DNA of 38,166 bases from a virus (taxonomy: Duplodnaviria > Caudoviricetes). Location: IMG/VR virus record IMGVR_UViG_3300027987_000314, positions 1 to 38,166 of that record; one strand, written 5' to 3'. Below are positions 9,294-18,546 of the stretch, one piece after another; within the stretch, counting starts at the first letter, position 1; every line of letters starts with the position of its first letter. The translations under genes were made by a program, and so were the position numbers. The notes under the pieces are model-generated. The model was not told the DNA's origin and did not search any database. It worked only from the letters and a program-made list of their open reading frames with translations.

Positions 9294-10349
9294 TCACACC
9301 ACCCAGGGGCCGCGGGAGCGGTACAGGTCGCTGTCCTCGGCCTTCTTGCGCAGCGCGGCCAGTCCGGCACCGGAAGCATTTCGCTCACCCTCACCGGATC
9401 CCACGGTCCGGGCATAGGCGGAGCGCTCCTGCATCAGAATGTTCTGCGCCTCGGCGAGTGCGAGCGCGCGGACCAACGACGGGTAGGCCTGCCTCAGCAC
9501 CGGACTGGCCGTGTCGTGCGTCGCCGCGGTGCTTCCCAGCGCCCCACGGGTCACATTCAGGGTCCGCGGGGCGTAGATGTCGGTCGCTGTGGTGTGCGTC
9601 GCCAGCACACTGCCGTCCACAGCCCGCTGCACCAGCAGCGTATTTCCCGCGATGTCCAGGATGAGTATCCGCTCAGAGTCGATAGTGATCGTCTCGCCCT
9701 CGGCGAAGGCGGTCCCGTCCCCGACGGACACCGACGAGTCGGACAGTGCCGCGGTCAGGGCGCCGGCAGTATTGACCCCGGAGTCGAGCAGGGACCGCGA
9801 GGTTATGATCATCCTCTCAGAGCCGATGGTGATCAGGTCCCCGGCGTCCAGGTCCGGGCAGGCGCCGACATCGATACCGGTCTCCGTGGCGTCCAGTGCC
9901 TCGGCGGAGGTAGCCGCGATGGTGGTGCGGTCGTCGTAGCCGGTGTCACCGACGATGACGATCGACTCCTGCCAGGTGTCCCCCGCGGTGAAGGACGCGG
10001 TCCCGGACAGCAAAATCTCGATCCGGTCGTACGGCGGTCCCTCGGCCGGTCGCAGAATGTAATCAGTCCCCTCGGTCAATGCCGTCCCGGCGACGGTCAG
10101 GCTGGTGATCGAGACGAGCTCGTACTCCTCCAGCCAGAGCCGGTACGAGGTCCCCTGCCGCCAATCCGGCCAGTCGAACTTGATGGTTCTGGTCTGCGGA
10201 TAGAACGTCCGGTTCAGCAGGTCATCCACGGCCTGCGAGCCGGTCTCTACGGCACGCTCCAGCTGCCGGCGCAGGTAGGCCGTGGTCCGCACATCGGATG
10301 CCGCTCGCAGGTCCCCCACCGACGCGTAGCACGCACGTGTGATCGCCAC
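9294..10349 (-). CDS. Head-to-tail adaptor with inserted beta modules
   Basis: N-terminal YASVGDL...AVDDLLNRTF is typical of gp6/gp15-like adaptors; the protein is unusually long (351 aa). Confidence 0.7.
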   Translation of the reverse strand: MAITRACYASVGDLRAASDVRTTAYLRRQLERAVETGSQAVDDLLNRTFYPQTRTIKFDWPDWRQGTSYRLWLEEYELVSITSLTVAGTALTEGTDYILRPAEGPPYDRIEILLSGTASFTAGDTWQESIVIVGDTGYDDRTTIAATSAEALDATETGIDVGACPDLDAGDLITIGSERMIITSRSLLDSGVNTAGALTAALSDSSVSVGDGTAFAEGETITIDSERILILDIAGNTLLVQRAVDGSVLATHTTATDIYAPRTLNVTRGALGSTAATHDTASPVLRQAYPSLVRALALAEAQNILMQERSAYARTVGSGEGERNASGAGLAALRKKAEDSDLYRSRGPWVV

Positions 10350-10391
10350 GGCGCACCTCCTGCTTCCCGGGGGTAGACCTACCCCATGATG

Positions 10392-10535
10392 CTACGCCGG
10401 TCGCCAGCCGTCGTACGGACAGAAGGGCCGGCCGTCCGGCCCGGTGACCAGCGGCTCACCGTCGTTCGGGCAGGCGGACAGGGGTGGTTGTGTCTCCGGC
10501 TTCAAGGCGCTGATCAGCGATTCCCAGCTACCCAT
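10392..10535 (-). CDS. Small Cys-motif protein (47 aa)
   Basis: Manual translation MGSWESLISALKPETQPPLSACPNDGEPLVTGPDGRPFCPYDGWRPA; TAATG overlap with the upstream gene. Confidence 0.65.
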   Translation of the reverse strand: MGSWESLISALKPETQPPLSACPNDGEPLVTGPDGRPFCPYDGWRPA

Positions 10536-10891
10536 TATCGCTCCTCCTCCAGGTGGTGTTCGAGGTGGCGACGCAGCCCGGAGCCCAGGCCATTGATCGC
10601 CTCGCGGTTGGACTCCACGGCCCGGGCCACGGCGGACAGCTGGCCCGCATGCCTGGCCGATTCCTCGCGTAGGACCCGCAGATGTTCCTCGATCCGCGTG
10701 GATCCGCGCAGTAACTCCGGCACGGTTCCGTTGGCGACCGGAGCGGAATTCACCGCAGCCATCTCGCTGCTGGCCGCGGCCCTGGCGGCCGCGGCCCTGG
10801 CGGAATTAGCCCGGATCGCAGAGATACCGCCACTGATCGCCGCGGCCAGGGCCGCGCCGACCGCAGCCCAGGGGCTCGGATCCACAGGCAT
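10535..10891 (-). CDS. Membrane-anchored coiled-coil protein (DUF2746-like)
   Basis: N-terminal hydrophobic helix, ANGT motif, C-terminal RRHLEHH; strong SD (GGGGAGG). Confidence 0.6.
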   Translation of the reverse strand: MPVDPSPWAAVGAALAAAISGGISAIRANSARAAAARAAASSEMAAVNSAPVANGTVPELLRGSTRIEEHLRVLREESARHAGQLSAVARAVESNREAINGLGSGLRRHLEHHLEEER

Positions 10892-10913
10892 GACACCTCC
10901 CCCTCTCTGTCGA

Positions 10914-10960
10914 CCCCGGCCCGGGCATGGCGGATGGGGGGCGCCACGCCCGGGCCGGGG
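10914..10960 (-). terminator. GC-rich hairpin after the capsid-accessory genes
   Basis: CCCCGGCCCGGGC...GCCCGGGCCGGGG inverted repeat just after the stop at 10967. Confidence 0.6.
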
Positions 10961-10966
10961 GGCTCA

Positions 10967-11440
10967 TCAGGTGGTTGCGGCCGTCACCGTGGCGCCGCTG
11001 GTCAGGGCGACCCAGGTGCAGTACCACTGAATCGCACCATCGGCCCCCGCGCCGGTCACCACGGACTCGATCTCACCCGTGGTCGCGACGAATCGCAGCG
11101 GCTCCCCGCACCCCTTGACTAGTGATGGCGTGTTCGTGGTGCCGTCCTGGTCATACTGACCCGCAATCACGGTACCGGCCGTGGTGTCGGTGGTCCCGAG
11201 GTCGGTGGCCGTCGCCACGACCACGGTGTCTCCGGCCGTGGGATCGGCCTGGACATTGACCGTATTGATCCCGGCCATCGTGGTGGTGCACTTTCCCCAC
11301 ATCGCCGTGATCATCACCTCGCCACCGGCCACCGTGAAGATCTGGTGCGTGGCCGCGCCGGAGAGCGTCTGCAGCTGACCGGCGACGTAGGAGCCGAGCA
11401 CGGCATTGCGCAGCAGTCCGGCCTCATTGTAGGTCGTCAT
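10967..11440 (-). CDS. Putative capsid decoration / structural protein
   Basis: 157 aa, Thr/Ala/Gly-rich; SD GAGGAGG; downstream of the capsid gene. Confidence 0.6.
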   Translation of the reverse strand: MTTYNEAGLLRNAVLGSYVAGQLQTLSGAATHQIFTVAGGEVMITAMWGKCTTTMAGINTVNVQADPTAGDTVVVATATDLGTTDTTAGTVIAGQYDQDGTTNTPSLVKGCGEPLRFVATTGEIESVVTGAGADGAIQWYCTWVALTSGATVTAATT

Positions 11441-11451
11441 GAGCTACCTCC

Positions 11452-11958
11452 TCAGGTCAGCCGCTGCGGCAGGTTGGCCGGGGCGCGCTGCGCATTCAGC
11501 CCGTGCAGGATGTACAAGATGGCGCCCAACTGAGCGTTGCTCCCGACGTCGCCGACGTTGACGGACAGGTGCGTGTACCCATCCGACAGGGCCGCCGCGG
11601 ACACCTCGATGACGATGAGGGTGTCCGTCTCCGCCCAGGTCGCATCCGTGGCCGTGGCCGCGGCGGTCTGGGTGGTCTTGGTCCAGGTCTCGGCACCGTC
11701 GAAAGCCGTGGTGTCGCTCTTGATGTACCAGTGATCGATTTCCACCAGGTTCGCAGAGGTGCCACCGGTGTAGGCGGTGTGCTCCTGAAGGGTGTACGTC
11801 GGGTCATCCCCCGCCGTGCCGATTCCCTTCACGATCACGATCGTGCAGCCCTGCACACCTTCCATGTTGACGCGAATTCCGGTCTGCGCGGTCTGCAGAT
11901 CGACCGCTCCATCCGTGAAGGCTGGAACGATATCGAAAAGTCGTCCGAGTGCTTCCAT
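11452..11958 (-). CDS. Putative capsid decoration / structural protein
   Basis: 168 aa, beta-rich; directly after the capsid gene. Confidence 0.6.
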   Translation of the reverse strand: MEALGRLFDIVPAFTDGAVDLQTAQTGIRVNMEGVQGCTIVIVKGIGTAGDDPTYTLQEHTAYTGGTSANLVEIDHWYIKSDTTAFDGAETWTKTTQTAAATATDATWAETDTLIVIEVSAAALSDGYTHLSVNVGDVGSNAQLGAILYILHGLNAQRAPANLPQRLT

Positions 11959-12009
11959 TGTTCTTCCTCTCCGCCCGGGGTTTCAATGCCGGATCGGTAA
12001 GGGCCTACC

Positions 12010-12047
12010 GGGACGGCGGGAAGCAGGTCTTCGCTTCCCGCCGTCCC
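12010..12047 (-). terminator. Hairpin after the major capsid gene
   Basis: 15-bp perfect stem GGGACGGCGGGAAGC / GCTTCCCGCCGTCCC. Confidence 0.65.
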
Positions 12048-12061
12048 TCGGCCGCGAGCCG

Positions 12062-13420
12062 TCAGCTCCGGGTCGCGAGGCTGACGCAGTAGGACAAGGT
12101 GTTGCCGCTGTTCTTGGGGGTGATTGCGGACTGCAACCACGGCATCCCGTCGACACGGTTGATGATGCGGTAAGCCGTCTGGTCGTTCTGGAACTTGAAA
12201 TGAGGCGAGCTCATCGCCGACATCACCTGCCGGTCACCGATCAGGTAGAAGCCGAAATCGACGAAGTTGATATCGCCGACCGTCCCCAGCGTGGGGACCT
12301 TCTCGGTGAAGAGCACGGGGCGCCCGAGCAGCGTCCCGTACGGAGCTCCGGCGGCCCCGTTGGCCGGGATGTACACCGGGACGCCACCCGTCCCCACGGC
12401 CATGCTCATGGTCATGAGCTGGGGGAGGGTGTCAATGCTGCACACCCATACGGCCCGCATCAGGGACGAGGGAAGCATGCGACAGTACATGTCGACGATG
12501 TTCTCCCAGACGATCGTCGCGGCCGTCTGGTTCGTCTGCTTGGCTACGGAGATAACCCCGGGTCCCTTGAGTGCCCCGAGGGGCTGGCCCACGCCATTCC
12601 CGACCAGGTAGGCGTAGTCCTCGTAGAAGCCCATCGCCTCGGGGAAGATCTGATCCAGGAAGGCCTGGAAGCTGATCGCCGAGTCCGAGATCAACTCGTT
12701 CGGGACCTCGGTATAGGTGGTCAACTTCTTCGCATCCAGCACGACACGGCCAAAGGACGCCGCGGAGCTGGTAAGAGCGGCCCCCTCCTCGGTCCAGTAC
12801 CCGACCACGCCGCCGTAGACGGACGATGCGTTCGAGGTGGAGTCCACGGCGGGGAAGGGGATGCGCAGCGTCTCCATCGGGATGACTCGGGCTCGCGGCC
12901 GGACAATGGCCGTCTCCAGCGAGACGCGCAGCATCTCGCTGCGCAGCGTCTCGGGGATGAGGAAACCGCCCTCGCTCGGCACGCTGGACCCGAAGGCATT
13001 CCGGATCTTCTGCAAGCGCGTCTGATCGGCCGCCGTCCGGTTGCTGTTGTGCCAGATCAGCCGGAAGAAGTCGGCGGAATTGTCGACCTCACGATCGATG
13101 ACCGCACCCATTGCGTGCGCGTTGTAGATCTTCGTCCCGTCCAGAGTTGCCGCGGGGGCGGGCCTGGTCTCCGGGCGCAGGTCGGGCCGGGCCGCATCAC
13201 CGTTCTCCCTGAGCCAGGAAGCCAGCGTGCGGTCCACCTGCTCACGGACCTGAGTGGCAATTTCCTCATGCTTGTCCATGACAACCCTTGCGTAGGTCGT
13301 CACGAACTCAGAGAGCTTGCCCTGATCAATGACGATCCGCTGCATGAACTTGGGATCGTCAAAGCACGCGTTCAGTTCGTCCGGAGTTGTCGGGATGACG
13401 ATTTCGTCAACCTCAGGCAT
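12062..13420 (-). CDS. Major capsid protein (HK97 fold)
   Basis: 452 aa; GGFLIP, WTEEG, VPNELISDS, TLLGRPV, GDINFVDF and FQNDQTAYR motifs. Confidence 0.95.
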   Translation of the reverse strand: MPEVDEIVIPTTPDELNACFDDPKFMQRIVIDQGKLSEFVTTYARVVMDKHEEIATQVREQVDRTLASWLRENGDAARPDLRPETRPAPAATLDGTKIYNAHAMGAVIDREVDNSADFFRLIWHNSNRTAADQTRLQKIRNAFGSSVPSEGGFLIPETLRSEMLRVSLETAIVRPRARVIPMETLRIPFPAVDSTSNASSVYGGVVGYWTEEGAALTSSAASFGRVVLDAKKLTTYTEVPNELISDSAISFQAFLDQIFPEAMGFYEDYAYLVGNGVGQPLGALKGPGVISVAKQTNQTAATIVWENIVDMYCRMLPSSLMRAVWVCSIDTLPQLMTMSMAVGTGGVPVYIPANGAAGAPYGTLLGRPVLFTEKVPTLGTVGDINFVDFGFYLIGDRQVMSAMSSPHFKFQNDQTAYRIINRVDGMPWLQSAITPKNSGNTLSYCVSLATRS

Positions 13421-14354
13421 GTAGTGCCTCCCTCAATGCCTTGTCGAAGGCCGACCTGTCGAAGGTCGACCTGCCGCCCTCCTCCTCGCTGTTCGCCGCT
13501 TCCGGCGGCGCCGGTCTGTTGCTCAGCACGTAGCTAAGCCCGGCCTCGAAAACCTCACGGTCAAGACCGGAAAAGCCGTTTCCTCCACGCTCGATCCCCT
13601 CTGTGAGTGCCTTGCGCAGGGCGGAGAAATCGCCAACGGACAATTCTCGGTCATCGACCCCCGCCGGAGGATCATCCTCCGGCGGTACGCTCACCGGCAG
13701 GCGATTTTCTGGCGGGGCCGAGTCGCGCTTCTTCTGTGGGGTAAAGCACTCATCGGCCAGGCCGACGTCCACAGCCTGCTGTCCGGTGTACCAGGTCTCC
13801 GCCCGCATCCGGGTGCGCCAGCTCGCCGCGGAAGACCCGGATGCCTGAGCGTAGATATCCGCGATATCTGCGCTTATCTTGTCGAGGAGGTCACCCATTA
13901 CGTGCATGTCCTCCGCGTTGCCGACGCACAATCCGGACGCATCATGGATCATGACCTTCGACTGCTTCCCGATCATGATGCGATCAGCAGCCTGGATCAG
14001 GAATGATGCGGCAGAGGCGGCGACCCCGTCGATATGAGCTGTCACCTCGGCGGGATGGGCGTAAATGGCCGCCATGATGGCCAGTCCATCAAAGACGTTA
14101 CCGCCGGGGGAATTCACGTGCAGGTCGATCGCCTTCACGTCGAGCCCGTTCAGTTCCCGCACGAACTCGTCGGCGTAAATCCCCCAGCCACCAATCTCAT
14201 CGAAAAGGTAGATGTCCGCCCGGTCCGACGAGGCATTGCCGATCCGGTACCAGGCACCCTCGACCCCGGCTGAGGGGGGTGTGGCGGCACGGCGCGCCGT
14301 CGCAATGGCGGAGTCGTAGCGGTCGCCGATCGACAGCCTGCCCTTGATCCTCAC
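13413..14354 (-). CDS. ClpP-like head maturation protease
   Basis: VNSPGGNVFDG, GVAASAAS, MIHDAS, ETWY and GLADE motifs; likely start is GTG 14354 with SD GGAGGGG. Confidence 0.92.
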   Translation of the reverse strand: MRIKGRLSIGDRYDSAIATARRAATPPSAGVEGAWYRIGNASSDRADIYLFDEIGGWGIYADEFVRELNGLDVKAIDLHVNSPGGNVFDGLAIMAAIYAHPAEVTAHIDGVAASAASFLIQAADRIMIGKQSKVMIHDASGLCVGNAEDMHVMGDLLDKISADIADIYAQASGSSAASWRTRMRAETWYTGQQAVDVGLADECFTPQKKRDSAPPENRLPVSVPPEDDPPAGVDDRELSVGDFSALRKALTEGIERGGNGFSGLDREVFEAGLSYVLSNRPAPPEAANSEEEGGRSTFDRSAFDKALREALHA

Positions 14355-14368
14355 GTCGCCGCCCCTCC

Positions 14369-14394
14369 AGGTTGACACTGATTGCCACTGACGT
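14369..14394 (-). promoter_or_regulatory. Conserved 26-bp element upstream of the protease/capsid genes
   Basis: Minus-strand ACGTCAGTGGCAATCAGTGTCAACCT is 22/26 identical to 36717-36742; the plus strand reads TTGACACTGA TTGCCACTGA. Confidence 0.65.
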
Positions 14395-14445
14395 ACATTA
14401 GCCGTGAGATGAGGCCGGGGCGCGATCCCCGACGATGCCCCGGCC

Positions 14446-15309
14446 TCATCTCCACGGATCCTTTTCGACCCACTTCTTCCAGTCCGATCCTCCACGCCAG
14501 ACGTACACGATCTGACCCCGGCATCGGTCCCTTCCGAGGCAGTGAACGTATCCACGTACAGGGTATGTCCTCAGCCAGGGCTCGCCTATGTCGTCAGAAT
14601 TCCCGAGCCACTTGCCGTGCACGGCCCGACAGTTCTTGCACGTGGCCGTGTCGAGGACCTCACTGCCGTACAGGGCCTGACTTGGGCCGGCGCGCGCCGT
14701 CGACGCCCGGCCTTCCCGCTGCGCCCCGGTGATCGCCCCGCCGATCACATACTCCGACTGTGCGGTGGTCAGCGATTCCAGGTGTGTGCCGACCGCATCC
14801 GCCACCAGGCTCCCGGCCCCGGAAGGCGCGCTACGTCTTCCCCACCAGCGAAGTGCCTCCCTGGTGGCGGACATGATCAGCCCGGCACCGAGGGTCGCCG
14901 CCGACACCTGCGCCGAGGCGGCGAGCAGGGTCCGGTCCGGCCGGCCGACACCGATCTCGACATCCTGATCCGCAGCCTCGGCCGCGGCGTACTCCGCGGC
15001 CCAGGTCGCGGCGGCGACGAGCACCCCCTCGATCTCGGATGCCTGATCGAAGGTCTGTAGTGACAGCTCCTGCAGTCCGACCAGGTTGCCGGCGTCCTCG
15101 ATGGCTGCCACCTGATCGATCAGCGAGGTGATCAGTGGGGCGCTGAGCTCGGGCCAGCGAGAGATGATCCCATCAAGCCTGGACTCGAAGTCGTCCTGCA
15201 GATCGGACATCCCGGGGAGCGCCTCGTCCGGTAACTCACCGGGGATCCCCTCCGGCGGGCTCGGTACTGGAGGGGGGACATAGTCGTCATCAGCCATTAT
15301 GCAGTCCAC
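14446..15309 (-). CDS. MuF-like head morphogenesis / minor capsid protein
   Basis: After the portal gene; C-terminal LDTATCKNC...HCLGRDRCRG; alternative start at 15297. Confidence 0.7.
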   Translation of the reverse strand: MDCIMADDDYVPPPVPSPPEGIPGELPDEALPGMSDLQDDFESRLDGIISRWPELSAPLITSLIDQVAAIEDAGNLVGLQELSLQTFDQASEIEGVLVAAATWAAEYAAAEAADQDVEIGVGRPDRTLLAASAQVSAATLGAGLIMSATREALRWWGRRSAPSGAGSLVADAVGTHLESLTTAQSEYVIGGAITGAQREGRASTARAGPSQALYGSEVLDTATCKNCRAVHGKWLGNSDDIGEPWLRTYPVRGYVHCLGRDRCRGQIVYVWRGGSDWKKWVEKDPWR

Positions 15310-16582
15310 ACCCCGGGCACTCCCCGTCCCGGACGGCGATCCGCCCGGACGGCACTCTGTCGACCCCGCTTCCGACTGGGCGGATCACCGTCCGGGGCGG
15401 TCTGGGCAGGCCGGCGACCTCGGCGGCCCAGACCGGGTCACCACCGGCGCCGACCAGCGCGGCCCAGGCCGTCGTCCTACTGCCGCGCTCGGCATTTTCC
15501 GCCTCCTCATCCTCGGGGGATGCGGAATCCACCCGCCAATACACGTCCGGGTCGGATGAGGGGAAGAACATCCTGGTCAGCCGGTCTATGCCACCGACGA
15601 GCCGCTTCATCTGCGGGTTGATGATGTGCCTGCCGACCATGTACTCATCGGCCTGGGCCGTGGCGCGATTCACGTGGCCGGAATCGCCGAGCATCGATGA
15701 TGGCCACCGCCATGCCCGGCGAATGATCTCATGATTTACATCTCTCAGTTCCCTGAACTGCATATCACGCATGGTGAATTTCCTGTCGATCCATTCCCCC
15801 TCTTCGAGAATGGCGACCCGGTGCGCCCTACTGACCCCCGAGTGCTGCTCCTCCCAACGACTACGCAGTCTGCGGAATTCGGCATCGGAGAGCTTGCGCC
15901 CGGTCTTGACGATTCCTCCGGGCTCGGCCGAGTTCAGGAAGAAATTGCGGTTCCACTCGGCTGTATACCGGCTGGCATCGACATCGACGAGAATGGACTG
16001 GACCGGTCCCAGGCCCCGGTAGGGGTCTACGGGATTCGGCCTGCGAATGAAAATTACTTCATCGACATCGAAAGGAATGCGCTGACCACCGGGGGAGAAA
16101 TACACGTATCCGGCAAGGAAGTCTTCTGCCGAGGGGACCGGCTCCATCCGGTCCGGGCGGACCGGCCACAGCTCAAGCGGCATCGGGGAGAGCGGGCTTC
16201 TGGCGATGATCCACCATGCCTCCCCGACCAGGTTGAGATGTTGAAGGGAGATCTCGACGATTTCCTGCCATGAAAAATGCGGGTTGGCACTCAACGCGTC
16301 AAGGAGGACGTGCCGATCCACCTCGACGTGCGGCGCATCCGGGTCCACCCCCGGCCTGGGCTTGCGCATCAGGTGCCAGTCCAGCTGTGCGCCGTCGGTG
16401 GCGATGCCGTCGACGATACTGAAGATTGTCCCGAGGGACCCCATCGACTCCAGTTGCTGGGTCCGGCCACCCCCGCCGAAGAACCCACCGAGGAACTGGA
16501 CGCCCGGGGGGACGTACGGGATCGGTGCCTCCCCGCTCCGCAGGCGCCGCGCAGCCGAGGTCACATCAGAGATCGCGCTCAT
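15290..16582 (-). CDS. Portal protein (HK97 family)
   Basis: GEAWWII, LWPVRPDRM, NPVDPYRGLGP and FFLNSAEPGG motifs; likely start ATG 16582 (the ORF extends to 16618). Confidence 0.93.
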   Translation of the reverse strand: MSAISDVTSAARRLRSGEAPIPYVPPGVQFLGGFFGGGGRTQQLESMGSLGTIFSIVDGIATDGAQLDWHLMRKPRPGVDPDAPHVEVDRHVLLDALSANPHFSWQEIVEISLQHLNLVGEAWWIIARSPLSPMPLELWPVRPDRMEPVPSAEDFLAGYVYFSPGGQRIPFDVDEVIFIRRPNPVDPYRGLGPVQSILVDVDASRYTAEWNRNFFLNSAEPGGIVKTGRKLSDAEFRRLRSRWEEQHSGVSRAHRVAILEEGEWIDRKFTMRDMQFRELRDVNHEIIRRAWRWPSSMLGDSGHVNRATAQADEYMVGRHIINPQMKRLVGGIDRLTRMFFPSSDPDVYWRVDSASPEDEEAENAERGSRTTAWAALVGAGGDPVWAAEVAGLPRPPRTVIRPVGSGVDRVPSGRIAVRDGECPGCGLHNG

Positions 16583-16940
16583 CCGTCGACCCTCCCCTCT
16601 CGATCCGGTGCTCGACATAGAACATCGCCACGGCGGCGGTCAGCAGCCCAAGCGGGCGAGAGACGTCCCACGCGGCCAGCACCATCAGCGTAATTGCCAG
16701 GGCAAGGGCCGTGGTGGCCGCCACGGTCCGGCGCAGTAGCACGGCCATCCGGCGCCGCTGCACCTGTATCAGGCTGCGCAGTGGTGCGGCTCGACGGACC
16801 GGCCCTGTCAGTAGTCCGGCGGATCGTCGGCGCTGGACCTCGACCAGATCGGCACGTAGCGCCGGATGCAGATCCTGACGCACGTTTTCCAGCCGGTCGA
16901 GCAGACTACTGACCTCGATCGGAAGCTCGGTCACATCCAC
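16566..16940 (-). CDS. Membrane protein between TerL and portal
   Basis: 124 aa with two C-terminal hydrophobic helices; overlaps both neighbours. Confidence 0.6.
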   Translation of the reverse strand: MDVTELPIEVSSLLDRLENVRQDLHPALRADLVEVQRRRSAGLLTGPVRRAAPLRSLIQVQRRRMAVLLRRTVAATTALALAITLMVLAAWDVSRPLGLLTAAVAMFYVEHRIERGGSTDERDL

Positions 16941-18301
16941 CGAACATTCACCCCACCCCTACTCAGCTCCATCACCATGTACCGCGTGGCGTCCATACCG
17001 TCATCCTCGATCTTGCGTGGCTGCTCCCGCGGCCTGCGGCCGGCACCCAGGTCCCAGACGTAGCCCCCGAATTCTTCCGTTGTGCAGGTGGGACGCCTGG
17101 CCTCGACCAGTTCGGGGTCGCGCCGGACCACCGAATCACGCATGAAAAAGATCCGCGGTCTACCGTCATCCTCGACGGCGAGCCTGCCCTGTACGGCCTG
17201 GATTCCGTCGATGACCCGCTTGTCCGCGGCTACCGTGCCGATGCCAATCTCCGACTCTAGGGTGTCGCGCCCCTCGGCGTCGTGATCGGCGACGATCCGG
17301 TCTGGCTGCGGCTCGGTCCACACCCATTCCAGCGGGTCAACGTCGTTTCCGTTCGCGTCGGTCCAGCTCTGTGGGTCGGTGACCTCACGCAGGATATCGC
17401 GGGCCCACTGCTGGACGCGGCGACGGGTCCCGTACAGCTCCCGGTACAGGTACATCCGGCCGTCCCCATCAACGGCCCAGCACTGCAGAACGAAGGGGTG
17501 GACGAAACCGAAATCCACCGACCAGTAACGAGGCCAGTCCTCGGGAATGTCGAAGCGGTCAATCAGGTGGACCGCCGAGTCATACTCCTCGTAGATCGCC
17601 CCCTCGGCGGAGACCCAGAGACCATGCTTGAGCCTGGACTTACGCACGCCCGTCAGCCGCCCCAGCCTGGCCAGGTATGCCGCGCCGCGCTCGGTCTCGC
17701 GCCCCTCGTCATCGACCAGGACCGGATTGTCCGAGTGCCGGGATTCCAGGATGACCAGGTCGCCACGGCTCTCACGCCGCTTGATCCAGTGCTCCGGGGA
17801 GTCGGGGTTCGTATCTCCGAAAAGCTGCTGATAATACAGCTTCCCATTTCTGAGCCGTGAGCTGAGCGCATCCCAGTCCGCCTCGGTCAGCTCGATGAGC
17901 TCCTGAACGTAAATCAGGTCATAATCCGATGACATAATTTTCGTCGGATTATCCATCCCTCCGAGCATGATCCTGGCCCCATTGGGATATCGGTACTGCG
18001 CCGGCTCCTGCTGAGACCCGCCGTAGTAGTCGACGACCCCGGCCTCGATGGCCTGGGCAACGACCTTCTCGCGCCAGGTCACCAACGCCGTGCTCGTCAT
18101 CGAAGCCTGTGTTTTCCGGACGATCAGTCCGCGGACCCCGGGAGTGGCCAGGCAGATCAGGTGCAGCTTCTCTAGGCATGCCATGCTCTTCCCAGTCCCG
18201 GCAGGGCCAGAGAGCAAAATTTCGGGATCCTGCCTGGAGAAAATTTCCAGGCAGGATCCGCGGGGTGAGTACTCGTGGGAGTACTCGGCAGAGATTGTCA
18301 C
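16931..18301 (-). CDS. terL: Terminase large subunit
   Basis: Walker A SGPAGTGKS, YVQE Walker B, DTNP motif, nuclease SVDFGFVHP and DDGMDATRY. Confidence 0.95.
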   Translation of the reverse strand: MTISAEYSHEYSPRGSCLEIFSRQDPEILLSGPAGTGKSMACLEKLHLICLATPGVRGLIVRKTQASMTSTALVTWREKVVAQAIEAGVVDYYGGSQQEPAQYRYPNGARIMLGGMDNPTKIMSSDYDLIYVQELIELTEADWDALSSRLRNGKLYYQQLFGDTNPDSPEHWIKRRESRGDLVILESRHSDNPVLVDDEGRETERGAAYLARLGRLTGVRKSRLKHGLWVSAEGAIYEEYDSAVHLIDRFDIPEDWPRYWSVDFGFVHPFVLQCWAVDGDGRMYLYRELYGTRRRVQQWARDILREVTDPQSWTDANGNDVDPLEWVWTEPQPDRIVADHDAEGRDTLESEIGIGTVAADKRVIDGIQAVQGRLAVEDDGRPRIFFMRDSVVRRDPELVEARRPTCTTEEFGGYVWDLGAGRRPREQPRKIEDDGMDATRYMVMELSRGGVNVRWM

Positions 18302-18354
18302 GGGCCGTCCTCGTGCTCGACCGCGAGCCAGTGGCGCAGCCCCTCCGTGTTCAT
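18298..18354 (-). CDS. 18-aa mini-ORF coupling the upstream gene to terL
   Basis: MNTEGLRHWLAVEHEDGP; ATGA overlap at the start and GTGA overlap with terL at the end. Confidence 0.35.
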   Translation of the reverse strand: MNTEGLRHWLAVEHEDGP

Positions 18355-18536
18355 TGTCCCGTCTCCGCCAAGACAGCGGCCACTAGTCCGGCCGGCGAAG
18401 GTGCCCGCTCCCACACCCCGAACTGCTGCCCGCACTGGCGGGCGACATAGTCCTCGAACCTCGGTCCGGTCACCGTGCACTGGCTGATGTAGCCGGATCT
18501 GTAATTGTGCTCGATTCCCCAGTCCAGTGCCTGCAT
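18351..18536 (-). CDS. Hypothetical protein
   Basis: 61 aa; fits the operon packing. Confidence 0.45.
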   Translation of the reverse strand: MQALDWGIEHNYRSGYISQCTVTGPRFEDYVARQCGQQFGVWERAPSPAGLVAAVLAETGQ

Positions 18537-18546
18537 GTCATCCCGC

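Noticed and set aside
3027-13537. Long plus-strand ORFs opposite structural genes (e.g. 3027-4475, 9075-10376, 11792-13537)
   Set aside because: They are typical high-GC antisense shadows with no recognisable motifs.
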